A stretch of 64,000 nt of DNA from an uncultured virus (IMG/VR IMGVR_UViG_3300021961_010831). Its lineage: Duplodnaviria > Heunggongvirae > Uroviricota > Caudoviricetes. Where the stretch lies: IMG/VR virus record IMGVR_UViG_3300021961_010831; one strand, given 5' to 3'. The position numbers and the translations under genes were made by a program. Below the pieces are notes generated by a model. That model saw only the letters and a program-made list of their open reading frames with translations, made no database searches and was not told the origin of the DNA. Below, one piece after another: positions 47,410 through 57,889 of the stretch; within the stretch, counting starts at the first letter, position 1; each line of letters begins with the position of its first letter.

Positions 47410-47800
47410 TACTAATGGGAATGCTATAAGTCCCGTTTTACCTGATGGTAAAAAAAACTATCTTATTGACATTGATGGTACAATAACTGAGGATGTACCG
47501 AATGAAGAACCCTGGAGAATGGAAACTTGTCTACCCTATACCGGCTCGGTTGATACCATAAATGATTGGTATAGTGAGGGTCACATAATCACATTTTTCA
47601 CTTCAAGAACTGAAGATCATCATAAGGTGACTGAAGAATGGTTACAAAAACATGGATACTTTTATCATAACTTACTAATGAATAAACCTCGTGGTGGAAA
47701 CTATCATTGGATAGATAATCACATTGTGAGAGCCACTAGATATGAGGGTAAATGGAACAAGATGACTAAGAAAAAATTAAACATAGAGGTATTTGAATAA
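47363..47800 (+). CDS. Small HAD phosphatase (capsule-biosynthesis-phosphatase-like)
   Basis: LIDIDGTI, FTSR, MNKP, WIDN. Confidence 0.75.
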   Translation: MKKNVENMDLGLQESNTNGNAISPVLPDGKKNYLIDIDGTITEDVPNEEPWRMETCLPYTGSVDTINDWYSEGHIITFFTSRTEDHHKVTEEWLQKHGYFYHNLLMNKPRGGNYHWIDNHIVRATRYEGKWNKMTKKKLNIEVFE

Positions 47801-49218
47801 TGATTACAATAGGATTTTCAACAAGACAACACAATCAAGATTATATCGATTACATACAAAAAACATGTATGTTCAAGGAGGTAGAAATTATTGAGAAGGT
47901 AAACAATGGTGAAAAATCACTTTCACAGGTTTACAATGAAATCTTGACTGAATCATCAAATGATATTGTTGTTTTACTTCATGATGACTTAGAGTTTGAC
48001 ACCAAAAATTGGGGTGATAAACTATTGAAAGGATTTCAGAAAAATCCTGAGTATGGAATAGTTGGTTTGGCCGGAAGTAAATTTCTTCCTGAAAGCGCAA
48101 AATGGTGGACTGTTCCATCTACAATGTATGGAATTGTTAATCATAAACACGAAGGAAAAAAATGGACAAGTACTTATTCGTCTGATTTGGGACAAAAGTT
48201 TGAAGAGGTAATAATTACTGATGGACTTTTTATCGCATTGGATAAAAATAAAATTAAACATAATTTTGATGAAACTATTCAAGGGTTTCATTTTTACGAC
48301 TTAGGATTTACCATAAAAAATTATTTAGATGGTGTAAAGGTCGGAGTGACAACAATGGTAAGAGTAACCCACCTTTCCATAGGACAAACAAATGAACAAT
48401 GGGAAAATAATAGACAAACTTTTCAAGGAAAATATCAAAATCATTTACCTATCGATATATTACCAAAAGATCAGAATGAGACATTTATTTTTTGTCACGA
48501 TCAAAATTTGATACTCGAGTTTGAGGAAACAAATAAGTTTAAAAATTTATATAAACACACTTACGTATTTTTAGGAAATAGGGAGGTTGACAAATTATCA
48601 GAACTCAACAACGTTATTATTGCAAGAAATTTAGAACACAACTTGGAAGAATACCCTTTATTTACGTCGTTCACCGGTTGGTATGCCTTGTGGAAAAACA
48701 AACTAATAAGCACGAAATATGTAAATTTGTTTGAATATGATGTAATTCTTGATCCGTACATTGATCAACATCACTGTAAATTTTATGAGCAAAATATTGA
48801 AATGATCGGATATGTTCCATTTCCGATTGCACATTATCAATTTATTGCGAATAAAGAGTGGGTTGAGTATATATTACCAGCAATTAAAGAAGTGTATCGA
48901 CATGATTTGAATCAATATTTTTTGAAATTAGTTCAGAATAATCCAAAAGCTATTTGGTCTTCTACTTCAAATACGACCTTTAGAGTCGACATTTTTGAAG
49001 AATATATGAATTGGTTTGAACCACTAATACCCCATCTGAAAGATACTAAAACCTGTGGACACGCACATGAACGATCTATTACATTTTTTTCTCATATGAG
49101 AAAAAAGAAACAATTAATTACTCAAGGTATCTTACAACACTTACAACTTGATTCACATAAAACACAGGGCCATTCCGTAAACATGGATGATTCAATAAAA
49201 AAACTAATGAGCAATTAA
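47800..49218 (+). CDS. Two-domain glycosyltransferase (GT-A N-domain plus a second putative GT domain)
   Basis: YNEIL, LLHDDL, GIVGLAG, DGLFIA, GFHFYD; C-terminal FEYD and HAHER. Confidence 0.7.
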   Translation: MITIGFSTRQHNQDYIDYIQKTCMFKEVEIIEKVNNGEKSLSQVYNEILTESSNDIVVLLHDDLEFDTKNWGDKLLKGFQKNPEYGIVGLAGSKFLPESAKWWTVPSTMYGIVNHKHEGKKWTSTYSSDLGQKFEEVIITDGLFIALDKNKIKHNFDETIQGFHFYDLGFTIKNYLDGVKVGVTTMVRVTHLSIGQTNEQWENNRQTFQGKYQNHLPIDILPKDQNETFIFCHDQNLILEFEETNKFKNLYKHTYVFLGNREVDKLSELNNVIIARNLEHNLEEYPLFTSFTGWYALWKNKLISTKYVNLFEYDVILDPYIDQHHCKFYEQNIEMIGYVPFPIAHYQFIANKEWVEYILPAIKEVYRHDLNQYFLKLVQNNPKAIWSSTSNTTFRVDIFEEYMNWFEPLIPHLKDTKTCGHAHERSITFFSHMRKKKQLITQGILQHLQLDSHKTQGHSVNMDDSIKKLMSN

Positions 49219-49219
49219 T

Positions 49220-49882
49220 ATGAAATATATTAGTTACAGCCTTTGGGGTGACAAAGAAATTTATTTAGTTGGTGCTGTGAAAAATTTATCACAAACGAAA
49301 GAAATTTATAAAGATTGGCAGATGGTCGTATACTATGATCATACAGTACCCAAAAAAACAATCGAAGAATTGGTAACAAATGGAGCACTATGTATCGAAA
49401 TTACGTCAGGTTTATACGGGATGTTTTGGAGGTTTTTTGCTGCCGATTTACCGGATTGTGAATACGCAATTTTCAGAGATTGTGATTCACGTTTGTCTAT
49501 GAGAGAAAAATTGGCTGTAGACGAGTGGATCAAGAGTAAAAAATCTGTCCATATAATGAGAGACCACCCCGCACATCGAATACCTTACGGAAACAACACT
49601 TTAGGAATCTTGGGTGGTATGTGGGGTATCAAAGGTGGTACAATTCCCATGACAAAATCAATCGAAAATTTTACAAAAAATAAAAACTTAAATTATGGTA
49701 GTGATCAAACATTTTTGAAACAAATTTATTCGAGTTTTTATGACGATTCTTTTACTCATGATGAATTTTTCGGAGGTAATCCGTTTCCGTTGCCACGGGA
49801 AAACTATAGATTTGTTGGAGAACGAATGAATCCTGATGACAACCCAACCACAGAAGATTGGAAAGTTTTTTTATACAAATAA
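49220..49882 (+). CDS. Putative GT-A glycosyltransferase
   Basis: ISYSLWG, MFWRF, FRDCDSR, HIMRDHPAH, ILGGMWG, GSDQTFL. Confidence 0.6.
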   Translation: MKYISYSLWGDKEIYLVGAVKNLSQTKEIYKDWQMVVYYDHTVPKKTIEELVTNGALCIEITSGLYGMFWRFFAADLPDCEYAIFRDCDSRLSMREKLAVDEWIKSKKSVHIMRDHPAHRIPYGNNTLGILGGMWGIKGGTIPMTKSIENFTKNKNLNYGSDQTFLKQIYSSFYDDSFTHDEFFGGNPFPLPRENYRFVGERMNPDDNPTTEDWKVFLYK

Positions 49883-49886
49883 CATT

Positions 49887-50513
49887 ATGAAAGATATATT
49901 ATTTCTTATTTTACATACCCATAAACAACAAGATAGGTATAAAAACGTTACTGAAACTTGGGGTAACGATTGTGATCACTTGTTTTATTCAGACCGAGAA
50001 AGCCACGAAAATAATATTCTCAAAGTTACAGACAGAGATGATTACGCATCTAACGAAGTCAAATTTTATGAAGTAATAAAAAATTTACCTGACAAATATT
50101 CCAATTTCCAATGGTATTTTTTTTGTGATAATGACACTTTCATAAATACAAATAAATTTTTTGAATCTTTGGAACTTTTTGATCCAAAAAAAGTTTATGG
50201 TCAAAAAATTAACACATGGCCTCAAGACAAAAATCTACATTATCTTTCAGGTGGGGCGGGATATCTTGTCAGTAACGAAATTATGAAAATATTAAAGTCT
50301 AATATAAAAAATTATAACACAACTTTTGCAGATGTTACAATGGGTTTGACGTTACGAGACAATAATATAGAAATAGAAAATTTCGACCTTTTCAAATCTC
50401 GACCTCCAAAATATTATAACATCCCCGATGAACAAATAAAAAATTACATTTCATTCCATTATATAAAGTCTTATAATGAAATGAATAAACTTTATCAACT
50501 GCGTGAACTATGA
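49887..50513 (+). CDS. GT31 (Fringe / core-1 beta-1,3-galactosyltransferase-like) glycosyltransferase
   Basis: ETWG, WYFFCDNDTF, YLSGGAGYLVS, ADVTMG, ISFHY; likely start ATG 49887. Confidence 0.75.
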   Translation: MKDILFLILHTHKQQDRYKNVTETWGNDCDHLFYSDRESHENNILKVTDRDDYASNEVKFYEVIKNLPDKYSNFQWYFFCDNDTFINTNKFFESLELFDPKKVYGQKINTWPQDKNLHYLSGGAGYLVSNEIMKILKSNIKNYNTTFADVTMGLTLRDNNIEIENFDLFKSRPPKYYNIPDEQIKNYISFHYIKSYNEMNKLYQLREL

Positions 50514-51580
50514 AATTTTTTAATATAGACCTACACATATCCATAATAGCGGATATGAGAAAAATTTTTACAGATTTGGGTCATGAAGTCGTTGATAAAT
50601 CCTTATCTGATCACACATGGGTTTTTGACAGACCCAAAGATAGTGTTCCTATGTTAGACAATGGTAGATGGAGATCATTATCACCAAAACAATATAGCGA
50701 TACGTTTTTTGAAACATATAAAAATGATATGGATGACTACGATGCATTTATTGTAACATATCCCCCACCATTTAGTTTATTGTACAAGCACTTCAACAAA
50801 CCAATTATCATCAACAACCCGATAAGGTATGAATGGCCATACTCATTCAATAGTACGTATTGGGAGGAGTTTAATGATTTTTTGAGAGAGGGTGTAGATA
50901 AAGACCAAATAATTTTGGTTGCCAACAACATGTATGATAAATTATACATGGAGGGTTTTATAGGTAGACCAGTTGAGTTTATTCCAAGTATTTGTGATTA
51001 TTACGGTGAATATTATCAACCACAACATGATGAATTTTTATATTACTACAAAGGTAATTTATCAGAAATTAAAAATCCGAAAATAAAAAGTAAAAACTCT
51101 GTATTCAGCACTCATAAACACGTTGATTTATTGAAGTACAAAGGGATTATTCACATACCGTATCAGGTGTCATACATGTCAATATTTGAACAATATACTT
51201 CGAACATTCCGTTGTTTGTTCCTAGTAAGGACTTTTTGTTTGATTTATACAAAAAAGGTTACAATGTTCTGAAAGAATATGCGTGGAATAAAGACTATAA
51301 TAAACCATCAGGATCGCGTATAAAGTTTCAAGGAGAATTCGATCCAAATGATTATAACAACTTGGACTCCGTTTACCACTGGATTCAGTTTTCGGATTTT
51401 TATGATGAAGAATGGATGCCGTACATTATTCAGTTCGATTCATTCGAACATTTAGATAGTTTGGTAGACACTGTAGACACGGAAAAAATTAGTAGTCAAA
51501 TGGCTGAATTTAACGCAAAACGAAAAGGTCTTATATACCAAAAATGGGATGAACTTATTAATAAAAAAGTAAAAAAATGA
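50510..51580 (+). CDS. Putative GT-B glycosyltransferase
   Basis: KGIIHIPYQVSYMSIFEQYTSNIPLFVP; context in the glycan locus. Confidence 0.5.
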   Translation: MKFFNIDLHISIIADMRKIFTDLGHEVVDKSLSDHTWVFDRPKDSVPMLDNGRWRSLSPKQYSDTFFETYKNDMDDYDAFIVTYPPPFSLLYKHFNKPIIINNPIRYEWPYSFNSTYWEEFNDFLREGVDKDQIILVANNMYDKLYMEGFIGRPVEFIPSICDYYGEYYQPQHDEFLYYYKGNLSEIKNPKIKSKNSVFSTHKHVDLLKYKGIIHIPYQVSYMSIFEQYTSNIPLFVPSKDFLFDLYKKGYNVLKEYAWNKDYNKPSGSRIKFQGEFDPNDYNNLDSVYHWIQFSDFYDEEWMPYIIQFDSFEHLDSLVDTVDTEKISSQMAEFNAKRKGLIYQKWDELINKKVKK

Positions 51581-52599
51581 ATATTTTGATAACTGGTGGT
51601 TTAGGATTTATAGGTTTAAACTCCGCCATAAAATTCTCTGAAAATAACAAAGTACATATTATCGACAATTTATCCCGAAAGGGTAATCTTCAAAATTACG
51701 AGTTGATAAAAAACAACAAAAATATAGAATTACATGTCAAAGATATTAGAAATTTTTTCGACATGGAAAAAGTTTTTACATCAATCAGACCAGACGTAAT
51801 TATTCATTTAGCAGGACAAGTCGCGGTTACATTTTCAGTGAAGGATCCAAGAGAGGATTTCGAAATAAACGCTTTGGGAACTTTCAATATTTTAGAATGT
51901 ATCAGGAAATACACTCCCGATTCTATTTTATTATTTTCGTCCACCAATAAAGTGTACGGCAACTATGAGACTGAAATCACAGAATTGGAAAAAAAGTATG
52001 CTTACAAAAATGTTGATGGTATTACAGAATCTACTCCATTGGATTTCCATTCTCCATACGGATGTTCTAAGGGTTCTGCCGATCAATATGTTAGAGATTA
52101 TCATAGGATTTACGGATTGAAAACTGTGGTGTTGAGACAATCGTGTATTTATGGTGAAAATCAATTTGGTATTGAAGATCAAGGTTGGGTCGCTTGGTTT
52201 ACTATAGCATCCAATTTTGGTAAGAAATTTTTTATTTTTGGAGACGGAAAACAAGTCAGAGACATCTTGTATGTCGGTGATTTAGTGGGTCTATATGAAA
52301 AAATCATTGATAATATTGATTTATGTGCTGGCGAAATTTATAACGTTGGTGGGGGTCCAAATAACACTCTATCGTTGTTGGAGTTGATTGATTATCTTGA
52401 AAGTCAAAATTCATCTTCACTTAATTATTCATATGACGAGTGGAGACCTGGTGACCAAAAAATTTATGTAAGTGATATAACGAAACTAAAAGAAACTATC
52501 GGGTGGGAACCTTCAACATCTGTACACAGTGGACTGAAAATTTTAGATTCTTGGGTGAAAAATAATGAAGAAAAATTTAGAATCTTAAATTTGATTTGA
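51577..52599 (+). CDS. rfbE: NAD-dependent epimerase, CDP-paratose/tyvelose 2-epimerase-like
   Basis: GGLGFIG, HLAGQVAVT, SSTNKVYG, SPYGCSKG, RQSCIYG, EDQGWVAWF, RPGDQ. Confidence 0.8.
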   Translation: MNILITGGLGFIGLNSAIKFSENNKVHIIDNLSRKGNLQNYELIKNNKNIELHVKDIRNFFDMEKVFTSIRPDVIIHLAGQVAVTFSVKDPREDFEINALGTFNILECIRKYTPDSILLFSSTNKVYGNYETEITELEKKYAYKNVDGITESTPLDFHSPYGCSKGSADQYVRDYHRIYGLKTVVLRQSCIYGENQFGIEDQGWVAWFTIASNFGKKFFIFGDGKQVRDILYVGDLVGLYEKIIDNIDLCAGEIYNVGGGPNNTLSLLELIDYLESQNSSSLNYSYDEWRPGDQKIYVSDITKLKETIGWEPSTSVHSGLKILDSWVKNNEEKFRILNLI

Positions 52600-52602
52600 T
52601 TT

Positions 52603-53607
52603 ATGAAAAAAATATTAGTGATTTCGGAACATTCGGTTCCTCACCATTTGAAACTATTTTCTTCTGAAAGTGTTAGTGTTACTACTGTCACTATTGACAG
52701 TTTTCAAGAAAAATTAGTTGAGTCTCACGAAATATTTTTATTCTTCGACAAAAGTCATTTGACTAGTGAAAATTTTTTTGACACAAGCAATTTGGACAAG
52801 CTGGTTGACGCTTGGGGATATTTTTTTGAAAATGAGATTGATGTTTCCAACAAAATATTTTGCATCTGTTGTGATGTAAATCCTGGAGATACCAAAAAAA
52901 TAAATGAAATATTGAATCCCATGAATATTGATGTTCTTTATCTTCCTATTCATAATTCAATGATACCTGAAAACAAGATTATTTGTGGTTCTCTAAATTC
53001 AGATGTATTTCATCAAATCACAGATTTGTTCTCTGTAATATCAAAGGACTTAGAATCTTATCAAACAACTTCAACATCCGCCGAGCTGATCAATTTGACA
53101 TTATCTCAAATAAAAATTTCCCAAAACATTCATTTAGAAACGGTCCGTAGTATTTTAAGTGAGAACTCAGAAAAAGATGATTATAAAATTTTTCAGATTT
53201 TTTCACCAATAAAACCCGAAGTTGAATTTTTCGACGATATTCTGAGAAACCAAGTTTTGAGTTCGTACTTACATGGTACGACAAAATTCATGAATTCAGC
53301 AAAAAGAAATATCGAGGAAAAAACATCATTGGAAATTTCATTTATAAATCAGGTCATCGAATTGGTTCCAGATAAAATGACTCCAATAATCGTTAATAAA
53401 CTATGTTACCCAAATTCCACAAATTTACACGTAGGTAAGTATCAGATTATCAAATCATTGATGGAATATGGTTACAAGATCAATGTAATAGAAGACCTTG
53501 ATTTCATTAAGGGTCCTATTCCAAAAGAAATGTTAAATGATTTTGGTAGTAATCTGAAATTTTATCCAAAAAATTCCAAAGTAGACGGAATCTTAATCGA
53601 TTTCTAA
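52603..53607 (+). CDS. Degenerate nucleotide-sugar dehydrogenase-like protein
   Basis: VNPGDT, IICGS, TSAELINL resemble the UDP-glucose/GDP-mannose dehydrogenase scaffold, but GxGxxG, the catalytic Lys and GGxC are absent. Confidence 0.4.
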   Translation: MKKILVISEHSVPHHLKLFSSESVSVTTVTIDSFQEKLVESHEIFLFFDKSHLTSENFFDTSNLDKLVDAWGYFFENEIDVSNKIFCICCDVNPGDTKKINEILNPMNIDVLYLPIHNSMIPENKIICGSLNSDVFHQITDLFSVISKDLESYQTTSTSAELINLTLSQIKISQNIHLETVRSILSENSEKDDYKIFQIFSPIKPEVEFFDDILRNQVLSSYLHGTTKFMNSAKRNIEEKTSLEISFINQVIELVPDKMTPIIVNKLCYPNSTNLHVGKYQIIKSLMEYGYKINVIEDLDFIKGPIPKEMLNDFGSNLKFYPKNSKVDGILIDF

Positions 53608-53647
53608 ACTACAAAAAAATAAACCATTTTTTATTATTAAAATAAAA

Positions 53648-54769
53648 ATGAAAAAAATTGTCGTTTTGGGTGGTGGTGGTTTCATCGGAGGTCACTTAGC
53701 TAAAAGGTTGAAATCTGAAGGGAATTGGGTCAGAATTTGTGACATAAAAAGACATGAATATTTTTCATCCAATGAAATCTGTGATGAATTTATTGTAGGA
53801 GATTTGTGTGACCCACACGTTGTTTCTACCGTAATTGACGACACCATTGATGAAGTTTATCAACTTGCCGCAGATATGGGGGGTGCTGGTTATATTTTTA
53901 CTGGTGAAAATGATGCAAATGTGATGCACAACTCGGCACTTATAAATCTGAACGTTGTACATGAATGTACGAAAAAAAATGTTGGTAAAGTATTTTACTC
54001 ATCATCGGCGTGCATGTATCCTGAACATAACCAACTTGACCCTGACAATCCAAACTGCGAAGAATCATCAGCATATCCTGCAAACCCCGACTCAGAGTAC
54101 GGGTGGGAAAAACTATTTTCTGAAAGATTATTCTTGGCATTCAACAGAAACTACGGTTTGGATGTGAGAATTGCACGATTCCACAACATCTTTGGACCCC
54201 AGGGTACATGGAAGGGTGGAAAAGAGAAATCACCCGCCGCTATGTGTAGAAAAGCCGCTGAGGTAAACGATTGGGATAAAATACCTGGTCAACCAAGACC
54301 CGAATATCAATTAGAAGTTTGGGGGGATGGACAACAGACACGTTCATTCTTGTATGTAGATGAGTGTGTTGAGGCGGTACTAAGACTCATGGAGAGTGAT
54401 TTCACAGGTCCTGTGAACATCGGATCCGAAGAGATGGTAAGTATCAATGAATTAGCGCAAATCGCAATTGATTTATCAGGAAAAGATATCAAGATCAAAA
54501 ATATTGAAGGTGAAGAATTCTTAAATAAATATGGATTCCCTTGTCCACTTGGGGTTAGAGGTAGAAACTCCGATAACAGACTATATAATAAAAAAGTGGG
54601 TTGGGAATCAAAATTAACTCTTAGGGAAGGTATGGAAAAAACATATAAATGGATAGAAGAACAAATCGAAAAGGACAAGTCTGAAATAGTCTATATCTAT
54701 GAGAGTCCTGATAAAGGAAAAACAATTTACAAACGTGAGTTTGGTAAAACAGAAAAAGTATTAATATAA
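53648..54769 (+). CDS. GDP-mannose 3,5-epimerase-like SDR
   Basis: GGGGFIG, LAADMGG, SSACMYP, YGWEK, GGKEKSPAAMCRK, GVRGRNSDN. Confidence 0.85.
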   Translation: MKKIVVLGGGGFIGGHLAKRLKSEGNWVRICDIKRHEYFSSNEICDEFIVGDLCDPHVVSTVIDDTIDEVYQLAADMGGAGYIFTGENDANVMHNSALINLNVVHECTKKNVGKVFYSSSACMYPEHNQLDPDNPNCEESSAYPANPDSEYGWEKLFSERLFLAFNRNYGLDVRIARFHNIFGPQGTWKGGKEKSPAAMCRKAAEVNDWDKIPGQPRPEYQLEVWGDGQQTRSFLYVDECVEAVLRLMESDFTGPVNIGSEEMVSINELAQIAIDLSGKDIKIKNIEGEEFLNKYGFPCPLGVRGRNSDNRLYNKKVGWESKLTLREGMEKTYKWIEEQIEKDKSEIVYIYESPDKGKTIYKREFGKTEKVLI

Positions 54770-55158
54770 TGGAAAAACCAATTGTCTATAATGCACTCGA
54801 GTGCTCGAGTTGTAATGTACCCAAAGGTTGGGGACATGAAGTTATTTTTGAAAATAACGAACTATACTGTGGAAAATTACTTGTCTTTAAAAAGGGATGT
54901 AAGTTTTCTATGCACTACCACATGATCAAGGATGAGACTTGGTATGTACAAGAAGGTGAATTCTTGTACAGATGGATTGATACTGAAACCGCAGAGGTAA
55001 TCACCGAAACTTTAGTTGTAGGTGATTCAGTTAGACAACTACCAGGACAACCACACCAATTAGAAGCTTTGACGGATGGAACCATCTATGAGGTATCAAC
55101 ACAACATTTTGATTCAGATTCATACCGAGTATGGAGGGGAGACAGTCAACCCAAATAA
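54769..55158 (+). CDS. Cupin (sugar-phosphate isomerase-like)
   Basis: VPKGWGHE, SMHYHMIKDETWYV, PGQPH, EVST. Confidence 0.75.
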   Translation: MEKPIVYNALECSSCNVPKGWGHEVIFENNELYCGKLLVFKKGCKFSMHYHMIKDETWYVQEGEFLYRWIDTETAEVITETLVVGDSVRQLPGQPHQLEALTDGTIYEVSTQHFDSDSYRVWRGDSQPK

Positions 55159-55556
55159 GGGTATGGGTCAACGGGACCTTTGATGTCTTACACAGAGGAC
55201 ATATCGAGCTTATAAAATATGCTTCAAAATTTGGTACTCTTCGTGTCGGAATCGATTATGATGAAAGGGTAAAATCATTCAAGGGAGATTCACGACCAGT
55301 AAATTTGTGGACTGATAGAAAGTTTATGATGGAAAGTATCACTTATGTCAACAGTGTTGTTGGTTTTGGAAGTGATGAAGAATTGGAAGATCAAATTAGA
55401 GAATGGAAACCCAAATATTTGATCGTTGGGTCAGATTATAAAGATAAAAAAGTTATTGGTTCACATTTGGTTGAACAGGTATTATTTTTTGATAAAATTG
55501 ATGGATTTTCCACAACAAATATTTTAGAACATGACAAAAATATTAGTAATCGGTGA
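55131..55556 (+). CDS. HldE/RfaE domain II-like nucleotidyltransferase
   Basis: NGTFDVLHRGH, KGDSRP, VGSDY, FSTT. Confidence 0.8.
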   Translation: MEGRQSTQIRVWVNGTFDVLHRGHIELIKYASKFGTLRVGIDYDERVKSFKGDSRPVNLWTDRKFMMESITYVNSVVGFGSDEELEDQIREWKPKYLIVGSDYKDKKVIGSHLVEQVLFFDKIDGFSTTNILEHDKNISNR

Positions 55557-56292
55557 GTTAGGTCAAGACGTATTCGTTTACGGGAACGTCACTAGAATCT
55601 GTCCTGAGGCACCTGTCCCTGTATTAAATCCAACCCGTGAGGTTACAAACCCTGGTATGGCGGGTAACGTTGTTGCCAACTTACAATCCTTAAATCCCGA
55701 TGCCGACATTGTACATTGGCACCAAGAACAACAAATTACTAAGACACGGTTTGTAGAAGAGAAAAGTAATCAAATGTTAGTTAGAGTAGATTACGGAGAA
55801 ACTAATCCACAAATCCTCACACCATTTGTATTCTTGACTCCAAGAAAAATTGAGACAATCAATGAGTCCGATATGATAATCCTAAGTGATTATGACAAAG
55901 GTTTTCTTTCACATGAGATGATAAAGAAACTGTCAACCATGAATAAGTTGACAATCTTGGACACCAAAAAGAAATTAAACGAGGATACAATATCTGATAT
56001 TACTTTTATAAAACTAAATGAATTTGAATTCCAAAATAACAAATCTTTGGTTGAAAAATTTCCCGAAAAGTTCATTGTAACATTAGGGTCCAAAGGATGT
56101 CAATATAATGGTGTGATATACCCTTCACCCAAACCACAAGAGACCATAGACGTATCGGGTGCTGGAGATACATTTGTAGCATCATTTAGTATCAAATATT
56201 TGGAAACTAAAAATATAGAACAATCCCTAACTTTCGCCAATGAAATGTCTTCAATTGTGGTGTCTAAGAAAGGAGTATCAACACCTAAATAA
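55531..56292 (+). CDS. HldE/RfaE domain I-like PfkB sugar kinase
   Basis: RICPEAPVPV, GMAGNV, TKTRF, SDYDKG, DVSGAGDTF. Confidence 0.85.
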   Translation: MTKILVIGELGQDVFVYGNVTRICPEAPVPVLNPTREVTNPGMAGNVVANLQSLNPDADIVHWHQEQQITKTRFVEEKSNQMLVRVDYGETNPQILTPFVFLTPRKIETINESDMIILSDYDKGFLSHEMIKKLSTMNKLTILDTKKKLNEDTISDITFIKLNEFEFQNNKSLVEKFPEKFIVTLGSKGCQYNGVIYPSPKPQETIDVSGAGDTFVASFSIKYLETKNIEQSLTFANEMSSIVVSKKGVSTPK

Positions 56293-56298
56293 TATAAA

Positions 56299-57030
56299 AT
56301 GCCGAGGAAATCACCTAGAGTGTCTGGTATCACAGAAAGTGCCAGTCAGAGAAATATATCCAAGAAGAATATCATAAATCAAATTTTACCAAACAAAACA
56401 AGGGAAAAATTCCTCAGTGAAAATCAAAAAAAATATTATCAAGAACTCACAAATAATGAAATAACAATTTGTTCAGGACCGGCAGGTGTTGGAAAGTCTT
56501 ATGTCGCAATGAAGGCGGCTGTTGATCTTCTATCAGATCCAACCACACCATATGAAAAAATTATCATTGTGAGACCAGCTGTGGAGGCGGAAGAAAAATT
56601 GGGTTCACTTCCAGGTAATGTGGAAGAAAAATTAGATCCTTATATTTTTCCATCTTACTATCTCCTGAACAAAATCATTGGTAAGGAAAAAAGAGAATTA
56701 CTGAAAGAAATTGAGGCCATAGAAGTATTTGCGTTAGCGTATATGAGAGGTATGAATATCGATAATTCAATTTTGATATTTGAAGAGGCCCAAAATTGTT
56801 CTCCAAAACAAATGAAACTCTTACTCACTCGTATTGGATTCAACAGCAAATTTTTTATTTCGGGCGATTTGGAACAAACAGATCGATATAAAGACAAAAG
56901 ACATTCTGGTTTGTGGGACGCCATTGAAAAGTTTACAAAAGTAGATAGGATTGGTATTTTTTCATTCGAGGATGGTGATATTGTTCGAAATCCTCTCATA
57001 AGTAAAATATTAGAAAAATACGACGAATGA
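56299..57030 (+). CDS. phoH: PhoH-family ATPase
   Basis: GPAGVGKS, RPAVEAEEKLGSLPG, YMRG, EAQN, LLTRIG, GDLEQTD, DIVRNPLI. Confidence 0.93.
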   Translation: MPRKSPRVSGITESASQRNISKKNIINQILPNKTREKFLSENQKKYYQELTNNEITICSGPAGVGKSYVAMKAAVDLLSDPTTPYEKIIIVRPAVEAEEKLGSLPGNVEEKLDPYIFPSYYLLNKIIGKEKRELLKEIEAIEVFALAYMRGMNIDNSILIFEEAQNCSPKQMKLLLTRIGFNSKFFISGDLEQTDRYKDKRHSGLWDAIEKFTKVDRIGIFSFEDGDIVRNPLISKILEKYDE

Positions 57031-57623
57031 TTAGAGTCGCAATAGAAATTGATGGTGTACTCAGGGACACTTATACTAAACTTGAACAAATTTATCAAAA
57101 ATTTTTGATAGATGAGTTAGAGTTAGTTGATGATGATTTTAAGTTTGAGATAAAAAAACCATATTCTACTAAAAATTTTGATGAACATTTCATGTTCAAA
57201 ACAGATGAAGAATTTTTCACATTTGTCTATGAAGAATTCGCTATGGAAATTTTTGGTCATTCTCCATCAACGGAACTTTCTACATTTATGGATTTACAAG
57301 ATCTTCAGATCAAATTTCAAAATGAAATTGAATGGGTTTTTATTTCAGAACAAATTGGTAAAACAAAACCCGCAACACTTTTTTTCATTTCAAAATTCGG
57401 TTGTGATGTAGACAAAGTTGTTTTTTTCAATAAAAAAAATATCGAAAAAATTTGGAGTGAGTTTGACGTTTTAATTGCATCTTCTCCAAACTTACTTGAT
57501 AATGTTGATATGAAACCTACAATAAAATACGAAAGAACTTATAATTTAAATATTAACGTAAATTATACAATAACCAATTTGAAAGATTTAGAATCAACTT
57601 TGAAAAAAATTATTAAATCATGA
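57027..57623 (+). CDS. 5'(3')-nucleotidase-like HAD-fold protein, possibly inactive
   Basis: IEIDGVLRD (first catalytic Asp replaced by Glu), RTYN C-terminal motif. Confidence 0.5.
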   Translation: MIRVAIEIDGVLRDTYTKLEQIYQKFLIDELELVDDDFKFEIKKPYSTKNFDEHFMFKTDEEFFTFVYEEFAMEIFGHSPSTELSTFMDLQDLQIKFQNEIEWVFISEQIGKTKPATLFFISKFGCDVDKVVFFNKKNIEKIWSEFDVLIASSPNLLDNVDMKPTIKYERTYNLNINVNYTITNLKDLESTLKKIIKS

Positions 57624-57886
57624 TAGAAGTATTTGGAGAAAATTACCACTTAAATTTGAATAATATTGATAAATTTGTCAACCTGCCTAATCAGTCTGGT
57701 GACAGTGAAAATCAACATATTTCAATTATAAAATATGAGATGATTAAGATTATGATTGATGTAATTTTTTCAGAAACTGAGGACGTGGATGACAAGTTAT
57801 CTAGTCGTGGTGCCGAAAAATTGAACATTCCATTCAAATTAGCATGGAATACATTATTGAGATATAAATTACTTGAAAAACTATAA
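57620..57886 (+). CDS. Hypothetical protein
   Basis: 88-aa ORF coupled in the operon. Confidence 0.6.
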   Translation: MIEVFGENYHLNLNNIDKFVNLPNQSGDSENQHISIIKYEMIKIMIDVIFSETEDVDDKLSSRGAEKLNIPFKLAWNTLLRYKLLEKL

Positions 57887-57889
57887 AAA

